From: Eukaryota sp. TZLM1-RC | Lineage: Eukaryota > Protista > Metamonada: BaSk clade | Direction: 5' to 3' | DNA: 64,000 nt | Assembly (NCBI GenBank): GCA_040285825.1 | Contig: JAUPSS010000004.1 | Location: 496,001-560,000 of the forward strand | Shown: one piece after another, positions 23,300 through 35,845 of the stretch | Layout: the number at the start of each line of letters is the position of its first letter | Numbering within the stretch: the stretch's first letter is position 1 | Made by a program: the position numbers and the translations under genes | The notes under the pieces: generated by a model | Seen by the model: only the letters and a program-made list of their open reading frames with translations | The model's database searches: none | What the model was told of the DNA's origin: nothing

Positions 23300-23565
23300 T
23301 TGTTAATTTGCTCTGGGAAGGTGTTTTTAGAGATCGTCATTTTGGTCAGTATTTGCCTTTAAAGTTTGATAATGTTCTTAGTGCAAAGAATTTTTGTGAA
23401 GTTAATAATGCACGATTTATTTTTGATGCAGCTAAAGAATTTAATAAAAGAGAGCAAATGGTTTAGGTTTTTACGTTATTGATTGAAGGTTTTAGCTAAA
23501 TAAGTGACTTTCCGAAATCTCTCTAGTTCTTGTTATATATTCTGTTCTGAGGGTCAAGTATTAAT
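23300..23565 (+). pseudogene. Duplicated 3' end of PRP3
   Basis: VNLLWEGVFRDRHFG...AAKEFNKREQMV* plus 3' flank matches 36960-37225. Confidence 0.85.
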
Positions 23566-23649
23566 ATATTGATATCATAACTGGTAATGTAACCAAATTT
23601 TTCTTTTTACTAATAAACATTCATTATTTCGTCATTCGATACTGTTTAT

Positions 23650-24420
23650 TATATAAATTTGCTTTTATAAACCATCACAAAACCAATACTACAAAAACAA
23701 AAACCAAATTGAATCAACATAAGATCTCCAATCCATTTTCTGATTGATCTTGCCTTCTCAGTAGTGATGTCGTTTTGTTTTAATCCCAATTGAATTCTAG
23801 AATTTTGAAAAAAACTTGAACAAGCGCATCCACTTCAGCTCCATTAATTTTGTCTGAATTTATACAAATATCAAAAAGTGATTTATTTTCTAATAAAGCA
23901 TTTGCCAAGTTTATAGCTCCATTTCTTGCAATATTGTTGTGTTCCATCCGTAATTGTCATAAATTCTTATTTACCTTTAACCCATCACATAAAGCAGCAA
24001 CACCTTCATCTCAAATATTATTGTTATCGAAGTATTTCAAGTTTTCTATTAACCTTTAAAGCTTGACTTAGAGCAAAAACTCCTGTTGGAATGTAATAAA
24101 TTTGATGTAATTACAGAGTATCCAACGAATTATTAAACTCCGAAAATTTAGCAAGGTATTAAATACCTTGGTGACCAATAGGGTTCTGATCCACCAAAGA
24201 TCTTTTAATGTAGAATTAACTACCAAGGAACCAGCCAAATCTTGACAGCCAATATGGGTGAAGTTGTTGAAAACAACACAAAGGCCTTACAATTTTGAAT
24301 TAAATTTTAATGATTGAGCGAGTGCGATCGCACCAATGTCATTGATATGGTTACCTACAAGATTAATTAATTTGATACGCTGATTATCTCAAAGACAAGC
24401 AGCAATCGTAATGATGAGTT
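23650..24420 (-). pseudogene. Kinase-LRR family LRR fragment
   Basis: Colinear with 50350-51030, with stops and frameshifts. Confidence 0.85.
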
Positions 24421-25092
24421 TATTTGATGGGACGAATCGTTGGTGGACTTCATCGTTTTGCACCATTGAACTCAGAGGAAATTTTCTGAATCTTTGGCAA
24501 TTAATTGTTTTGATGTAGGGGAGGCAGGTTTTGAGGATGTGGAGTTTTAGTTGTGTATGTTATGTTTTCTTATTCCTTATTAAATGAATAAATACCAATA
24601 TGCAGTTAAAATACAAATATTTTTAAAGTTCAACAATTAATGGTAAAGCTAAAAGATATTCATGATGCAAAACTTGGATCTACCAGCACACATACATTAT
24701 AATGGTCAAACCAGAGAAAGTCTACGAATTGATTTAATTTAATTTTCAGGCGATAGAAAAAATTCCAGGATTCATGTTAATTATGGGATACTGTTTTATT
24801 TAAATGACCGCTGATTAAAATACACTAAAGATTTATTGAACCAAAAAAGAACAATAATCAAAACAATTACTAATTGTTTTATTTCAAAACATCCAATTCA
24901 CTAAAAAGGAAATCACCTTCTCAACCACTTGATTAATTAGGTGACTTCTTTTGTGTAAGATGGATTAAAAAATACAAAAAACCTACTATTTCTGCTGAAT
25001 TAGCTTGATCCAAACTCAAATGCAATGTAAACAAATGCAAGCTTTTTCACTAACCTGAAAACCTAAAATTAAAAATAAACAGTTGTTAAATT

Positions 25093-27118
25093 AAAACTTA
25101 CATGTTGTGTGATCAACACCTCATCAAAATCCAATAATAAACCAATGATTAATGTAAGTTTTTAAAAGCTAAGGGAAAATAATTCCATTCAATCTAAATC
25201 TGTCATTCATGGTGATTTAAAGCCTGAAAACACCTGGTTTGTAAATGCTCAAATTTGGCTTTATTGACATTTACCCCCAAATATGCTGCATTGGAAGTAA
25301 TAAGGTTATGGTGATATTTCTACAAGAGGTGAAATTCACCAAAATACCAGTAACCAAATACATAACTCCCAAAGAACCATTCCAGGGCTCTTTTTAATTG
25401 AGGATTATTGTCTATTTGTTATTGACATTAATGGTGATGTTTGGAAGTTTAACAACTGAAAAGATTAAGGTTTCTTTAAACCAAGACCAATGAACATAGC
25501 TTCTGGCTCAACAAATGGCCAAGTTCGTGGTTCTCAACTGGGTAGACTCGAACGACTCTTGAAGCGACTACGATCATCTTCCCATCTCTATTCCGATCGA
25601 TCGGGACGTTTGAAAAATTTGGCTAATCAATACACGTCAAATGATCCCTCAAAAAGACCAAATATTGACCAAATAATTCAACAATTGAGTTTATTGGAAA
25701 ATTATGCTGGTTTCCTTTAATTAATGTCAAAAGAAAGAGTCCACCTAGAACAAAGCCATATGCTCTGAAAAAGTTTTTGCTTATAAGAATTAAACTACGA
25801 CCGAAATAGCAGAGAGAGCTTTCACCTTCATCCAACACCTCTCCACTCTCCTCACCTTGTAAATTTCATCCAAAGAGCCGAATGATAATCGTGCAGAAAA
25901 TAGCGTAAGCGTTGCCATATACAAACGATCACCTTTTGATTCAAGTCAAACAAACGATATCTGTTTCTAGAATACATTCAACATGAAAGTGAAACTGTAA
26001 ATTTTTTTGGACTTTATTTTTTTGATTCTGTCACATAACAAAAGTAAAATAATTTTCTTTATCAGTGTAAAAGTTCACGCAACAATGTTTTTCTACACCA
26101 ACAATGTGATCAAGAACACATGCTGTATCTATAAACTTGAAAACTTCTCTTGTAAAATGCACCATTCGTTTCGATATTTTCAAAGGCAAGATAATCATGT
26201 ATAAATTGTCGCAAATGTTGTAAAAAGATTACCAACAAAGGAACTCAAATCAAATGAATGACATGAACATTGGTTTTAATGATGTATAAAGCTCATAATT
26301 TTTGAAAGAGATACTGACCTAATCAAAAGATGAATGTGTCCAGTATTCATTCATCCAGAAGTGCTGTCCTTTGCTTGATAAGCTTTGAAAGAGTTTTTGT
26401 TTGCAACGTAGGAGAAAAATGTACATTATAAACACAGTCACAATCATTAAAGAAAATAAATCTGGAATTAATCTTTAAATAATGATTTGAAATTAAAAAA
26501 GATGAATTGAAATGTAAATCACCTCTTAAAAAACAATTCCCAAAGAGATTAAATCAATCGAATAAAGGTGGCTCAAACCTACCATTGTTTGGATAGAAAC
26601 AACTACCAAAAGTGGTACAACGAAGCAGAATGACAGATGCGAAATGACCGAAAGCTTCAACATTCAGCAAGAGATGTCTTGGGAAAGTTAAGAACAACAA
26701 CCACTTTAAGTGTGGTAATATAGGTAAAATTATGCAAAGATATATGAGTCAGTAGACATAGAGGTAACTGACAGAAACTGAGATAAACAAACATAACTGA
26801 GAGGGAAAGGGTGATGAAGCACTGCTTATGTCGGCCGACACAAAAGAACTTAGGGAATACGGCACAGATTCGGCGAGGAAAAACGCTGCGGTGATGACGT
26901 GACATGATGTGGCATTTAGCCATTGGAAGAACGGACAGGGGATCAGAGACGAGAGATGAAGGAAAGGGAGAGATAAGGCGACCAGTCATAATCTAGTGGT
27001 AAGAGACAACGATCGCAGGTTCAGCAAGTAGTTAGCGCCAATGAGATGTAGCAGAAGCAATGACATTACAGCAAAAACATCAATTGGCGGGGTGTTGATC
27101 AGACAACATGTAAGTTTT
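25093..27118. mobile_element. ~2-kb element bounded by 28-nt inverted repeats, copy 1, carrying kinase fragments
   Basis: AAAACTTACATGTTGTGTGATCAACACC at 25093-25120 with its inverse at 27091-27118 (27/28); both end regions are shared with copy 2. Confidence 0.6.
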
Positions 27119-27149
27119 GTTGAGAGTATCCTCTTGTGCAGAGGAACTG

Positions 27150-27815
27150 AGAAGATTTCAATTGAATTGAATTACTTTCAAAAATACAATCTGGAAATCA
27201 ATAATTTCGAAACAAGCGTCCACACCATCAAACCGTACAACAACAGTGTCTTGGTAATGTGCACTGACAGACATCAAAGCTTTCGAAATCATGTTGGGAT
27301 TTTTTTGAAAATAGAAAAAACAATACGATTTAACCACAAACTTATTCATTCTGCTTGTAAATCTGAAAGCATCATTCCTGTATTTTGTAAAAGGGACAGC
27401 TAAATCATTTATCACAAGGTTTTGAGAAGAAGAACCCATCAAGAAGCCTTTGCTCGCATTCAGATGAAGCCCAATATTTTCATATGAATCGGCAATTTTT
27501 TGAACAACCAATTGCAGCAGATTCAATGAATCAATCGGAGAAATATCATCCATATCAGCAACTATTTTGAGAGACGGGTATTTTTGCTTTATGATATTCA
27601 AAGTTTTGTGAATAGCTGAACAAGACAACAGAGAGCCTAAAGGATCACCTTGTTTCACACCAAAAAATTACTATAGGGAAGGGCATCAAACATTAAGTCA
27701 AGGTCTGTACCATTAAAGTGGTGGAAAAACTGGAAAGCTAAAAAAACAGATTCGCTTAAATCAAAAATTACTTTTCCTTTCACTGTATTGAAAGCATTTC
27801 CAAAGTCAAGAATAA
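27150..27815. mobile_element. CRE-like RT and C-terminal fragments (mostly minus strand)
   Basis: LDFGNAFN, GVKQGDPLG, ADMDD (degenerate YMDD); C-terminal RFDGVDACFEIIDF. Confidence 0.75.
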
Positions 27816-28330
27816 AAATAAAATAGGCAATGAGATGGTTGATATTTCACAACCCTGATACTTTAATGTTTTTGAGATATTTGGAAAAGATAGCCTGTGT
27901 TCACAAACACAGAGTTTAAGATTGTAACAACTATTTCAGTTGTTATTGTTAAATCTGAAAGGCTCTGTTCAACTCAAGGTGTATAAAGGTAAAACAGGCA
28001 CGCATAATTACACGATTAATTGAATAAGTCATTTGGTTAAAGCTACAACAGTTTTTTTAAGTTGGGAATCGACAGTGTAGAATTCAGAAAAGTACCTGCA
28101 ACATCATAAAATCAAAAAAGTGAGTGTGAATGTGGAATAATGAAAGACACAACAAGCATTAAAGTTTGAAATAGACGCAATATTCACATAGGATCAACAA
28201 AATAAAACCTTTGTTGTAGAAAGAAATAAGAAAAAAGGGTAATTGATTGACATAAATGATTCGAAATTCATTCCAAGAACATCACAGCATATATCACCAA
28301 TCAATCTTTACTATCATCATCTCTCTTTCA

Positions 28331-29323
28331 ATGGCAGACAGCACTGAACCCTTGACAGTTTCTCAATCTTTTGCTGCGGACAAACAGCTTTCAGACCTAT
28401 GTGCTGATTTCTTCAGTGTTGTTTTCCCAGTCATTACAACTATGCTGCTAGTCATCTCCTTCATCCACTTCATCCCATTAGATTCCACCAAAGATCTCCT
28501 TGCCCAACTATTCATTACATCATCATCCCCTTCTGGTCAAGCCGCCGGGTCTCTTGCCAATGCAGCCATCCTCGTTTTAGTTATTTTTCTTACCACCTTG
28601 TTTGTCCTCATTCTCAACACTAGAGGCTGTGCAGTTATTTTAAAAATCTGGTTTATCTTTTCTGCATTTATTATCTTCTTTTTTCTCGGGTCATACATTT
28701 TATATTCTTTTGTTAAAGCTCACCATTTATTCTTGGACTATATCAGTTTTGTTATAATTATAGTGAACATTTCTGTATTGGGAATTACCGCAATTTTCTT
28801 TGTTAAAAATCCAAATAATTTAATTACCCATGCTTCATTAATTGTTTTAGTTACTCTTGCAGCCCACTTCATGTCAAACTTACCGGTGTGGACTCTATGG
28901 ATGTTTGTAGTGCTTATTTCATTGTACGACCTTTACGCTGTCCTTCACACCTCAGGACCTCTCAGAGCGCTGACGTCACCCGAAAGATGCACGTCATCAG
29001 CTCAAAATACCACATCATCAGGTGAGAATGCCGTTGACTTTAGCGTTTTGGTTTATTCAACTGAATCACAGGAACTTGGACTCGGTGATTTCTTAATTTA
29101 CGCTCTACTTGCTTCGTTAGCCTTCAAAAGTGGTTTTTTCGTTGCCATTTTGGTCATAAGTGCAATTGCTATGGGGCTAATTTTAACCTTGGGTCTTTTA
29201 TATCTCTATGAACGTACCTTACCAGCATTACCCATCAGTATTGGTCTTGGTTGCTTGGTTTTTGTTCTGTCTAGGTGGTGTTTCAGTACCGCTCTCGAGG
29301 CCAGGGTCTTTAAAACATTGTAA
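28331..29323 (+). CDS. PSEN: Presenilin (GxGD intramembrane aspartyl protease)
   Basis: SLYDLYAVL...GPLRAL, LGLGDF, LPALPISI; multiple TM helices. Confidence 0.93.
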   Translation: MADSTEPLTVSQSFAADKQLSDLCADFFSVVFPVITTMLLVISFIHFIPLDSTKDLLAQLFITSSSPSGQAAGSLANAAILVLVIFLTTLFVLILNTRGCAVILKIWFIFSAFIIFFFLGSYILYSFVKAHHLFLDYISFVIIIVNISVLGITAIFFVKNPNNLITHASLIVLVTLAAHFMSNLPVWTLWMFVVLISLYDLYAVLHTSGPLRALTSPERCTSSAQNTTSSGENAVDFSVLVYSTESQELGLGDFLIYALLASLAFKSGFFVAILVISAIAMGLILTLGLLYLYERTLPALPISIGLGCLVFVLSRWCFSTALEARVFKTL

Positions 29324-31184
29324 TGGTTTAATTTTTCTTGAATTTGCTTTTTTCTTGAATTTAGTTGCGACTTTTTCTGCTAAAATCGTCAGAATTTTTA
29401 GTCAAACACCAAAAGTTTCACCAGACGATTTGAGAACACGATTCTAGTCACCTTTTGTTAATCAATTGTTTGTGGATAATAATTAAGTCGTTGAAACAAA
29501 AGAAATTGTCTCTCAATCCGAACCGAGTCTTACTTCGCTAACCCAGCTCACTTCACTGATGTTAAACTGATTTGCGAATCAGTGACACGTGGCAGTTACC
29601 TGGAAATGCAACGATGACGTGCTGCCTTTACATCAAATATTCTGCTGAAAATAAGGTCTAGTCGGAACTAGTAGTTGAAATTGAACCAGACAACAATAAC
29701 TCAGTTTCCAATTTCAGGGACTATCAATCTTGATTCAATCTCCGACGTAGCAGAGCAAGTGTCTTTTTGACCAGTGAAATTGTTTCTCATAGGTTCTTGT
29801 TTATTATGTTTGCTGGTCGACTTGATGTGATGTACTAAACAAATGAAATAATATACAATTCTGTTAATCAAGTACAAACAGAACAATTAGCTCACTGTTA
29901 TATGAAACTCCTTAATGTTGCCTCATTATTAGTAGAATGTGTTGTAATCGGTTGAGTTTGGCAATGTTGTTGAATTTGGATGAAAAAACTCCACCTTTTG
30001 AGTTAGACGATGGTCTAATTCAAGTTTGGTCAATAAACTTTGTTTGTACTTTCTTGTCATCGCTTCTCTGCAATATACTCTACAATATTTTTCACAGAAC
30101 TAGTTTCTAGAAGCACAAATTCATTATTGTTGTAAATAAAAAATCATCAAAAAGTGCAATTAGGGTTGCTCCTAAACATCATAAAACTTCTAGAAGAGGT
30201 GAATTTCTGTGAATGGTTCCAAAGGGAAAACAATGTCCTAGTTCTGAATTATCTGAAGCTATAGAGCAATTATCAGTTGGTGGGTTAAGTCCGCAAGATG
30301 ATTTACTCATGAAACTTGACTTGTAGTGATTCAAACTAGAGCTATCAGTTGTTTCATGTTTAGTCGAAGAAAATTCAAATTGTGGGAACGGATTCGAGAA
30401 GGGCATCGTAACGCATATTTTTTATCTTTTTTTGTTTATGCTTTATGTAATAACAAAAATTAAACTCTAAAAACTAATTGAATTCTAATAAAAGAATATA
30501 GAACATCAATAAAATTCATAAATATAGTATAGCAAACTTAAATAAGAGAAAAAAATAAGGAAAGAACAAAAGCAAACCTCGTCCATAGGACGATATCATG
30601 AAAATTTAAATAGTCTCAATCTTCTCCTTTTCCTCTTCAAGAATTTCACTAATGATATTATTGTCAAAAGCAGTTCTCTGAATGATAAGCCGAGTCATGT
30701 TATTTTGTGGTTGAAGGCATTCAATTCGTTTCTCATGGAATTCAACCTGTTATTTGGTATTTTTTGCAGTTTGTGAACACTGTTGCAGTTAGTTTGATTA
30801 AATTAACAATTTAACCAGTAGGAAAGTTGAAAAAAATTGATGCTGATGTCAGAAACAGTCTTGAACACACAACTGATGTACTTGAACAAAAATTTGGACT
30901 ACAGACAAGAACATTGTCAAACCGAACCCATAACTTGAACAGTCGTAATGTGAAAGCAGTGAACCCCACTTGTACTGATGGGATAGAGATTCAACCATTG
31001 CTCAAGCACAGAGATAGTAAGGCTCATATTAATATTGTCGGCCAAAATTACTGGGAAGTTTTGAGTTGAAATAAGTGTCAAGAATCTAGAATCTGCCACA
31101 GTGGGCGTATTGGTTTTTGTTGTATCAAGATGAACAGAAACAGTTTGTTTCAATTGTCAATCTTATTTGATATCAATCACTATA

Positions 31185-32261
31185 ATGATCAATCATGCTA
31201 TATTGCTTATTCCTCTTCTCCTCTTCGTTACTGTCTATGCTGGAAGAGTCAAGATAGCAGATAAGAACTGTGACCTTACTGTGAAGCAAATCGCCCTTAA
31301 GAACAACACTTTCCCATCAGATAGGGCTTACAGTCTTTTGGCCAAGGAACTCAAGCTTCATGATTTCTCAAACCTGCTCTTTGACTGTGTTGATGGTCGC
31401 AATGATTTGGATCACCGTATAGGTACATTCGGTGGATCTTTAGGTGAGTTCATTCTTGCTGTCTCTGGCCTAGTCAAACTTCAACCCTTCAGGAAATCAC
31501 TGTCTGTTGAAGCCATAATGCAAGAATATCTTGACGCCGATTTCCAGCTTTATCTCCACAGTGATGACCACGCTGTTCAGGATCTCCATCACTACCTTCA
31601 ACAGCAAGGTTACTCTGACGTTGATATACTCAATCCACCAGAAGATCTTCAACCTCTTCTTCTCGATTTACTGAGTGATCCACAATATATAGGCTGTGGC
31701 CACATCAAACTGTTATTGCTCAACCCACTCCACGGTGCAGACGCTGACATCATCATTGACTCCATTCGTTCTTTCTACAATTTCTTCTGGGCCCGACATC
31801 CAAACTGTCATTACCACGACCTCACTGGTCACCACGAAGAAGAAGCTGTTCTACTTGTTTCCTCCAGCGATCTCAAAAATGTACCCACTTTCAAGTTTAG
31901 AACCAGTGAGTATAGTACGTTTATTTACCATAAGGATGCAGCATCCATTTTGCGAGCCAGGAATGCAAAGTTTTTCTCAAAACATTTTGATATTAATGCT
32001 GATTTGCTTTTCACTCAAATTTCGGTACTTGCCACTTATTGGGGTGACCTTACAGTTTTCAACCTTGCTAATGACCTAACCCTCTACGAAGTCAACGTCC
32101 GCATTATGGATCCTCTCCCACAGGAACTCTTTGTTGGCTTGGGATGTGGCCTGGTGGTGGTGTTGGTTGTGTTTGGAGTTTGGTGGTCCAGGAAGCGCAA
32201 CAGGAGATTGAGAGTTGCTGGCTTGTTAAGTGATGTTGGTGAAGAACTACTATCGTTTTAG
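31185..32261 (+). CDS. CDCA/zeta-type carbonic anhydrase-like type I membrane protein
   Basis: Signal peptide; CVDGR, GGSLGEF, HSDDH, GCGH, LTGHHEE; C-terminal TM helix plus basic tail. Confidence 0.6.
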   Translation: MINHAILLIPLLLFVTVYAGRVKIADKNCDLTVKQIALKNNTFPSDRAYSLLAKELKLHDFSNLLFDCVDGRNDLDHRIGTFGGSLGEFILAVSGLVKLQPFRKSLSVEAIMQEYLDADFQLYLHSDDHAVQDLHHYLQQQGYSDVDILNPPEDLQPLLLDLLSDPQYIGCGHIKLLLLNPLHGADADIIIDSIRSFYNFFWARHPNCHYHDLTGHHEEEAVLLVSSSDLKNVPTFKFRTSEYSTFIYHKDAASILRARNAKFFSKHFDINADLLFTQISVLATYWGDLTVFNLANDLTLYEVNVRIMDPLPQELFVGLGCGLVVVLVVFGVWWSRKRNRRLRVAGLLSDVGEELLSF

Positions 32262-32418
32262 TTGGATTATTTGTAAATGCGTTGTTAATTTGTTTAGTAA
32301 ATGTTTTTGGTTTTATTTCAATCATGGTTCAACAGTCATTTTTGTTACACTAGATCAACTTTACCCATCAAATGTTTTCTATGTCCGTCCATTTTGTAAC
32401 TCTGCCACACCTAACTCC

Positions 32419-32938
32419 CACTAGATGTGATCAACTTGTGATCAAACTTTGTGTGAAATTGTGTGTGAGTAATGTTGGCTATGTGTTACATGATCAGTAC
32501 AAACTCATGATTACATTTTCAATTGTTTTTGTATATATTTGAATTAATTGAGTTACTAATTTTTAAACATTAAATTGTAAAAAAAATAAAAAATCAAAAA
32601 GTATACAATTGAATGTTGTAAACTAATAAAACAATTGCTGTAAGTGTAAGAGTATCGTTTTTGATACGATTTACTGAGGCTCATATGAAGTTCCTAGTTT
32701 CGTATATTGACCAATGATTGTTTATTACGATCATTGGTCAAATCTTTAAAGTCCATTTTGGGACAATTAATATAACAATTGTGGTGTTAAAGTCGGTGCT
32801 ATGGTCATTTCAGTAGTCATTGGTATGATTGGTTGAATGGTCATTGGTATGATTAGATGAGTTGCATGTAGTCCTTATGCACTAGATGTGATCAACGTGT
32901 GATCAAACTTTGTGTGAAATTGTGTGTGAGTAATGTTG
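32419..32938 (+). repeat. 59-bp direct repeat pair (32419-32477, 32880-32938); related inverted copy near 9207-9262
   Basis: CACTAGATGTGATCAAC(T/G)TGTGATCAAACTTTGTGTGAAATTGTGTGTGAGTAATGTTG. Confidence 0.85.
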
Positions 32939-33735
32939 ATCCAAGTGTTCATTTCATCAATTATTTTGAACCAGGATGACGATTTTTAGGTTGTCATTTT
33001 GGTTTTGATGAAATCCGCAATCAACTTTCATCTCTTTTAGCAAATTTTGAATGTTAATTTGTCGCACTTTCAAAATTAGATCTTGAAAAATATCAAATTT
33101 TTTACTCTCAAGTTGACTAAGTTCCCAGATTACCAATGTTTAGTGTTTATTGTTAAATGACCATCAATAGACAACTAACCTAAGAATGAGGTGTTTTTGG
33201 GTTTTATTATTATCACTTAATTTTGATTAATACCTTGGAAAATTAATAGCATTGTTTTTTGGTCCATCAGAAGAGTAATCCAGAAGCTAGTTTTCAAGAA
33301 GGACGGTATTCAGAAAAAAAGAAATGAAAAAGCCAGGCTGTGTGTATATTTTTGAAGGGGAGCAGGAGTGAAATTGGAGTTTGGATACTTCAATTGATTG
33401 AATCATTCTTGCTGAATTTTTACAATTCTAGAATTTTCCTAATCATTGATGAAACATTTAAACAAACAAAATAATACAAAAGTGTTAATTAAAATCACAA
33501 AAGGCCTCCTGGTGGTTTTCAGCAAGTTTAGTAGTTCAAAAAGAAAAAAAAATCAGGTTGAACTTTGATAATAGTAATTATTACACGAAATTATTACATG
33601 ATCAGTAAATAAATAAATTATTTATAAAGCTGTTCAAATTCCAATATAAATTTTCCATGAGAAAACTGTTCAATGAAAAACAAACTTTTTTGTTAACCTT
33701 AAAACCTAAAATTAAAAATAAACAGTTGTTAAAAT

Positions 33736-35698
33736 AAAACTTACATGTTGTGTGATCAACACCTCATCAAAAATCCAATAATAAATCAATGATTTTTGTA
33801 AGTTTTTAAAAGCTAATGGAAAATAATTCCATTCATTCTAAATCTGTCATTCATGGTGATTTAAAGCCTGAAAACAGCTGGTTGGTAAATGCTCAAATTT
33901 GGCTTTATTGGCATTTACCCCCAAATATGCTGCATTGGAAGTAGCAAGGTTAATGAATGTATGTCAAATGATCCCTCAATAGACCAAATATTGACAAAAT
34001 AATTCAGTAAATCAAATTCATTAAGTGGGTAATGAAGAAATACAATTACCAAACAAAATTAATTTAAGTTAAAATTGAATCCTACAAATAAATAAATACT
34101 TTTTTAAAAAAATCTCTAAAGTAGATAAATAGTAGTCATTGATAAATGCTTTGAAAACAAGTGGTCTAGGGCTTTGTCAGCTTTAAGTCCCCGAGTTAAA
34201 GCACCCAACAATGAAAATACAATAGATAAACTAAAAATACTTCATCCTTATGAAGACCCTATAATGGATCAAAATTTTTACGGCACATACTGGGAAAATT
34301 ATCCATTGATGCCATCAGAAGTTTTTTCGGTGATCAAAAAGAGACCACGCGGTAAATCTGCCGGACTTTCTGGTCTTTCTATTGATCATGTAAAAGCCGC
34401 AATTATTTCTTCAGAGGATTGTCTTGGTCTATTAACCAAATTTTTCAACAAAATATTGCCTGGTCAACTCAAATACCCAGAAGAATTAAGAAGTTCTCGT
34501 TTGACTGCACTTGTCAAAAATTCAAAAATGGATGGTCGTCCTATTGCAGTCTCTGAGAGCTTACACAATATTTTTTCTGCGTGTTGCTTAAGCAGGTTCA
34601 ATGAGAAAGCTAAAAAATATTATTACCCTTTCAATATGGTATTAATACCACTGATGGAGTCTCTTCAGCGATATTTGCTACTGATGTTTTATTTCGCCAA
34701 AATGAATCCAATGTTTGTATGTCATTGGATTTTAGTAATGCTTTCAATTCACTAAGTCGTCGCAGTATCCATGGTGCTCTATTGCAATATATGCCGAAAT
34801 TAATGCCGAATTTCCAATCAACATATTGCACAAATTCTAATTTACATTTTGGTAATTCCATTTTGAGTTCATCAAATGGTGTAAAGCAAGGAGATCCGTT
34901 GGGACCTCTTTCGTTTTGTTTGGCCATTCATCCTATTTTATTGCAAATTCCAATATGATTGATTATATGGATGATGTTGTTCTTTTAGGTGACTTAACCA
35001 TTGTTAGAGAAGCAACTGTATGTTTTAAAGAATTACTAGAATTGGTGCCTTAGAATTCAATTGGATCAATGAAGTCCCAGTAGTTCTGAGTTAATGATAT
35101 CTGAGTTGAGTAAAGAACACAACAAGATAATAGTGAGAAATTTAGATTTGAAAAAGATCAAACAAGCACCAAACCAAGTCAAATTCAGTGAAGCAAAAGG
35201 ACTGGCAATTGGATCTTCAAGGTAGTTTAAAAGATTATGAAATTACTTTGAATACTTGGTCTTACTAGAAGTAGCAAAAAAGAATACAAGAACAGATCTT
35301 AATTGGTAATATAAAACAAAATTAATGGAGTAATAAGTTTAAAACATTTAAAAGCAGTAAATGTGGATACATCCGATCGATCGGCTATATGGACAATCAA
35401 GGTGTCAATCAGCGCGGCCAAAGTGCAGGTATTAAAGCGATTCACTGAGGACGTGGTGTGGCGTGGCATTTGTCATTGCAAGAACAAACACGGTATCAAA
35501 CGGGAACTGAGTGCGATGAAGAGAGAGAGAGGTTGAGCGAGCACAATCTTCTGAGACAACTATAAGAGAAAACGATAGTGGCTTCACAAAGTCATCTTTT
35601 CAACAAGTTTTAGCAGAAATGATGAGGGCGCAGGTGCAGTATCAAAGGGCCATTCATAGGCTAATGACAAGGTGTTGATCACACAACATGTATGTTTT
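33736..35698. mobile_element. ~2-kb element bounded by 28-nt inverted repeats, copy 2 (kinase fragments plus CRE RT fragment)
   Basis: Inverted repeats at 33736-33763 and 35671-35698 (27/28); ends homologous to copy 1. Confidence 0.6.
34140..35045 (+). mobile_element. CRE-like RT fragment
   Basis: RPIAVSE, LDFSNAFN, GVKQGDPLGP, YMDD; homologous to 60820-61330. Confidence 0.85.
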
Positions 35699-35778
35699 AA
35701 GAGTATAAGAATTACAAATTTGACTTAGTATCAATGACCATTTATACAACATACCTTGAATTACATTTATAATATTTG

Positions 35779-35845
35779 AACTCAGTCCCTCTACATCGGT
35801 GTAAAAAGGACACTTATTTCATTGTTATAGACAATATCTGTTTCA
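35779..35845 (+). repeat. 67-nt element, copy B (immediately 5' of the PRP3 ATG)
   Basis: 63/67 identical to the reverse complement of 17582-17648. Confidence 0.9.

Noticed and set aside
27091-27118. CAACAT|GTAAGT as a spliced-leader RNA donor site
   Set aside because: Occurs as inverted pairs, one copy has GTATGT, and there is no conserved downstream Sm-site region or tandem array
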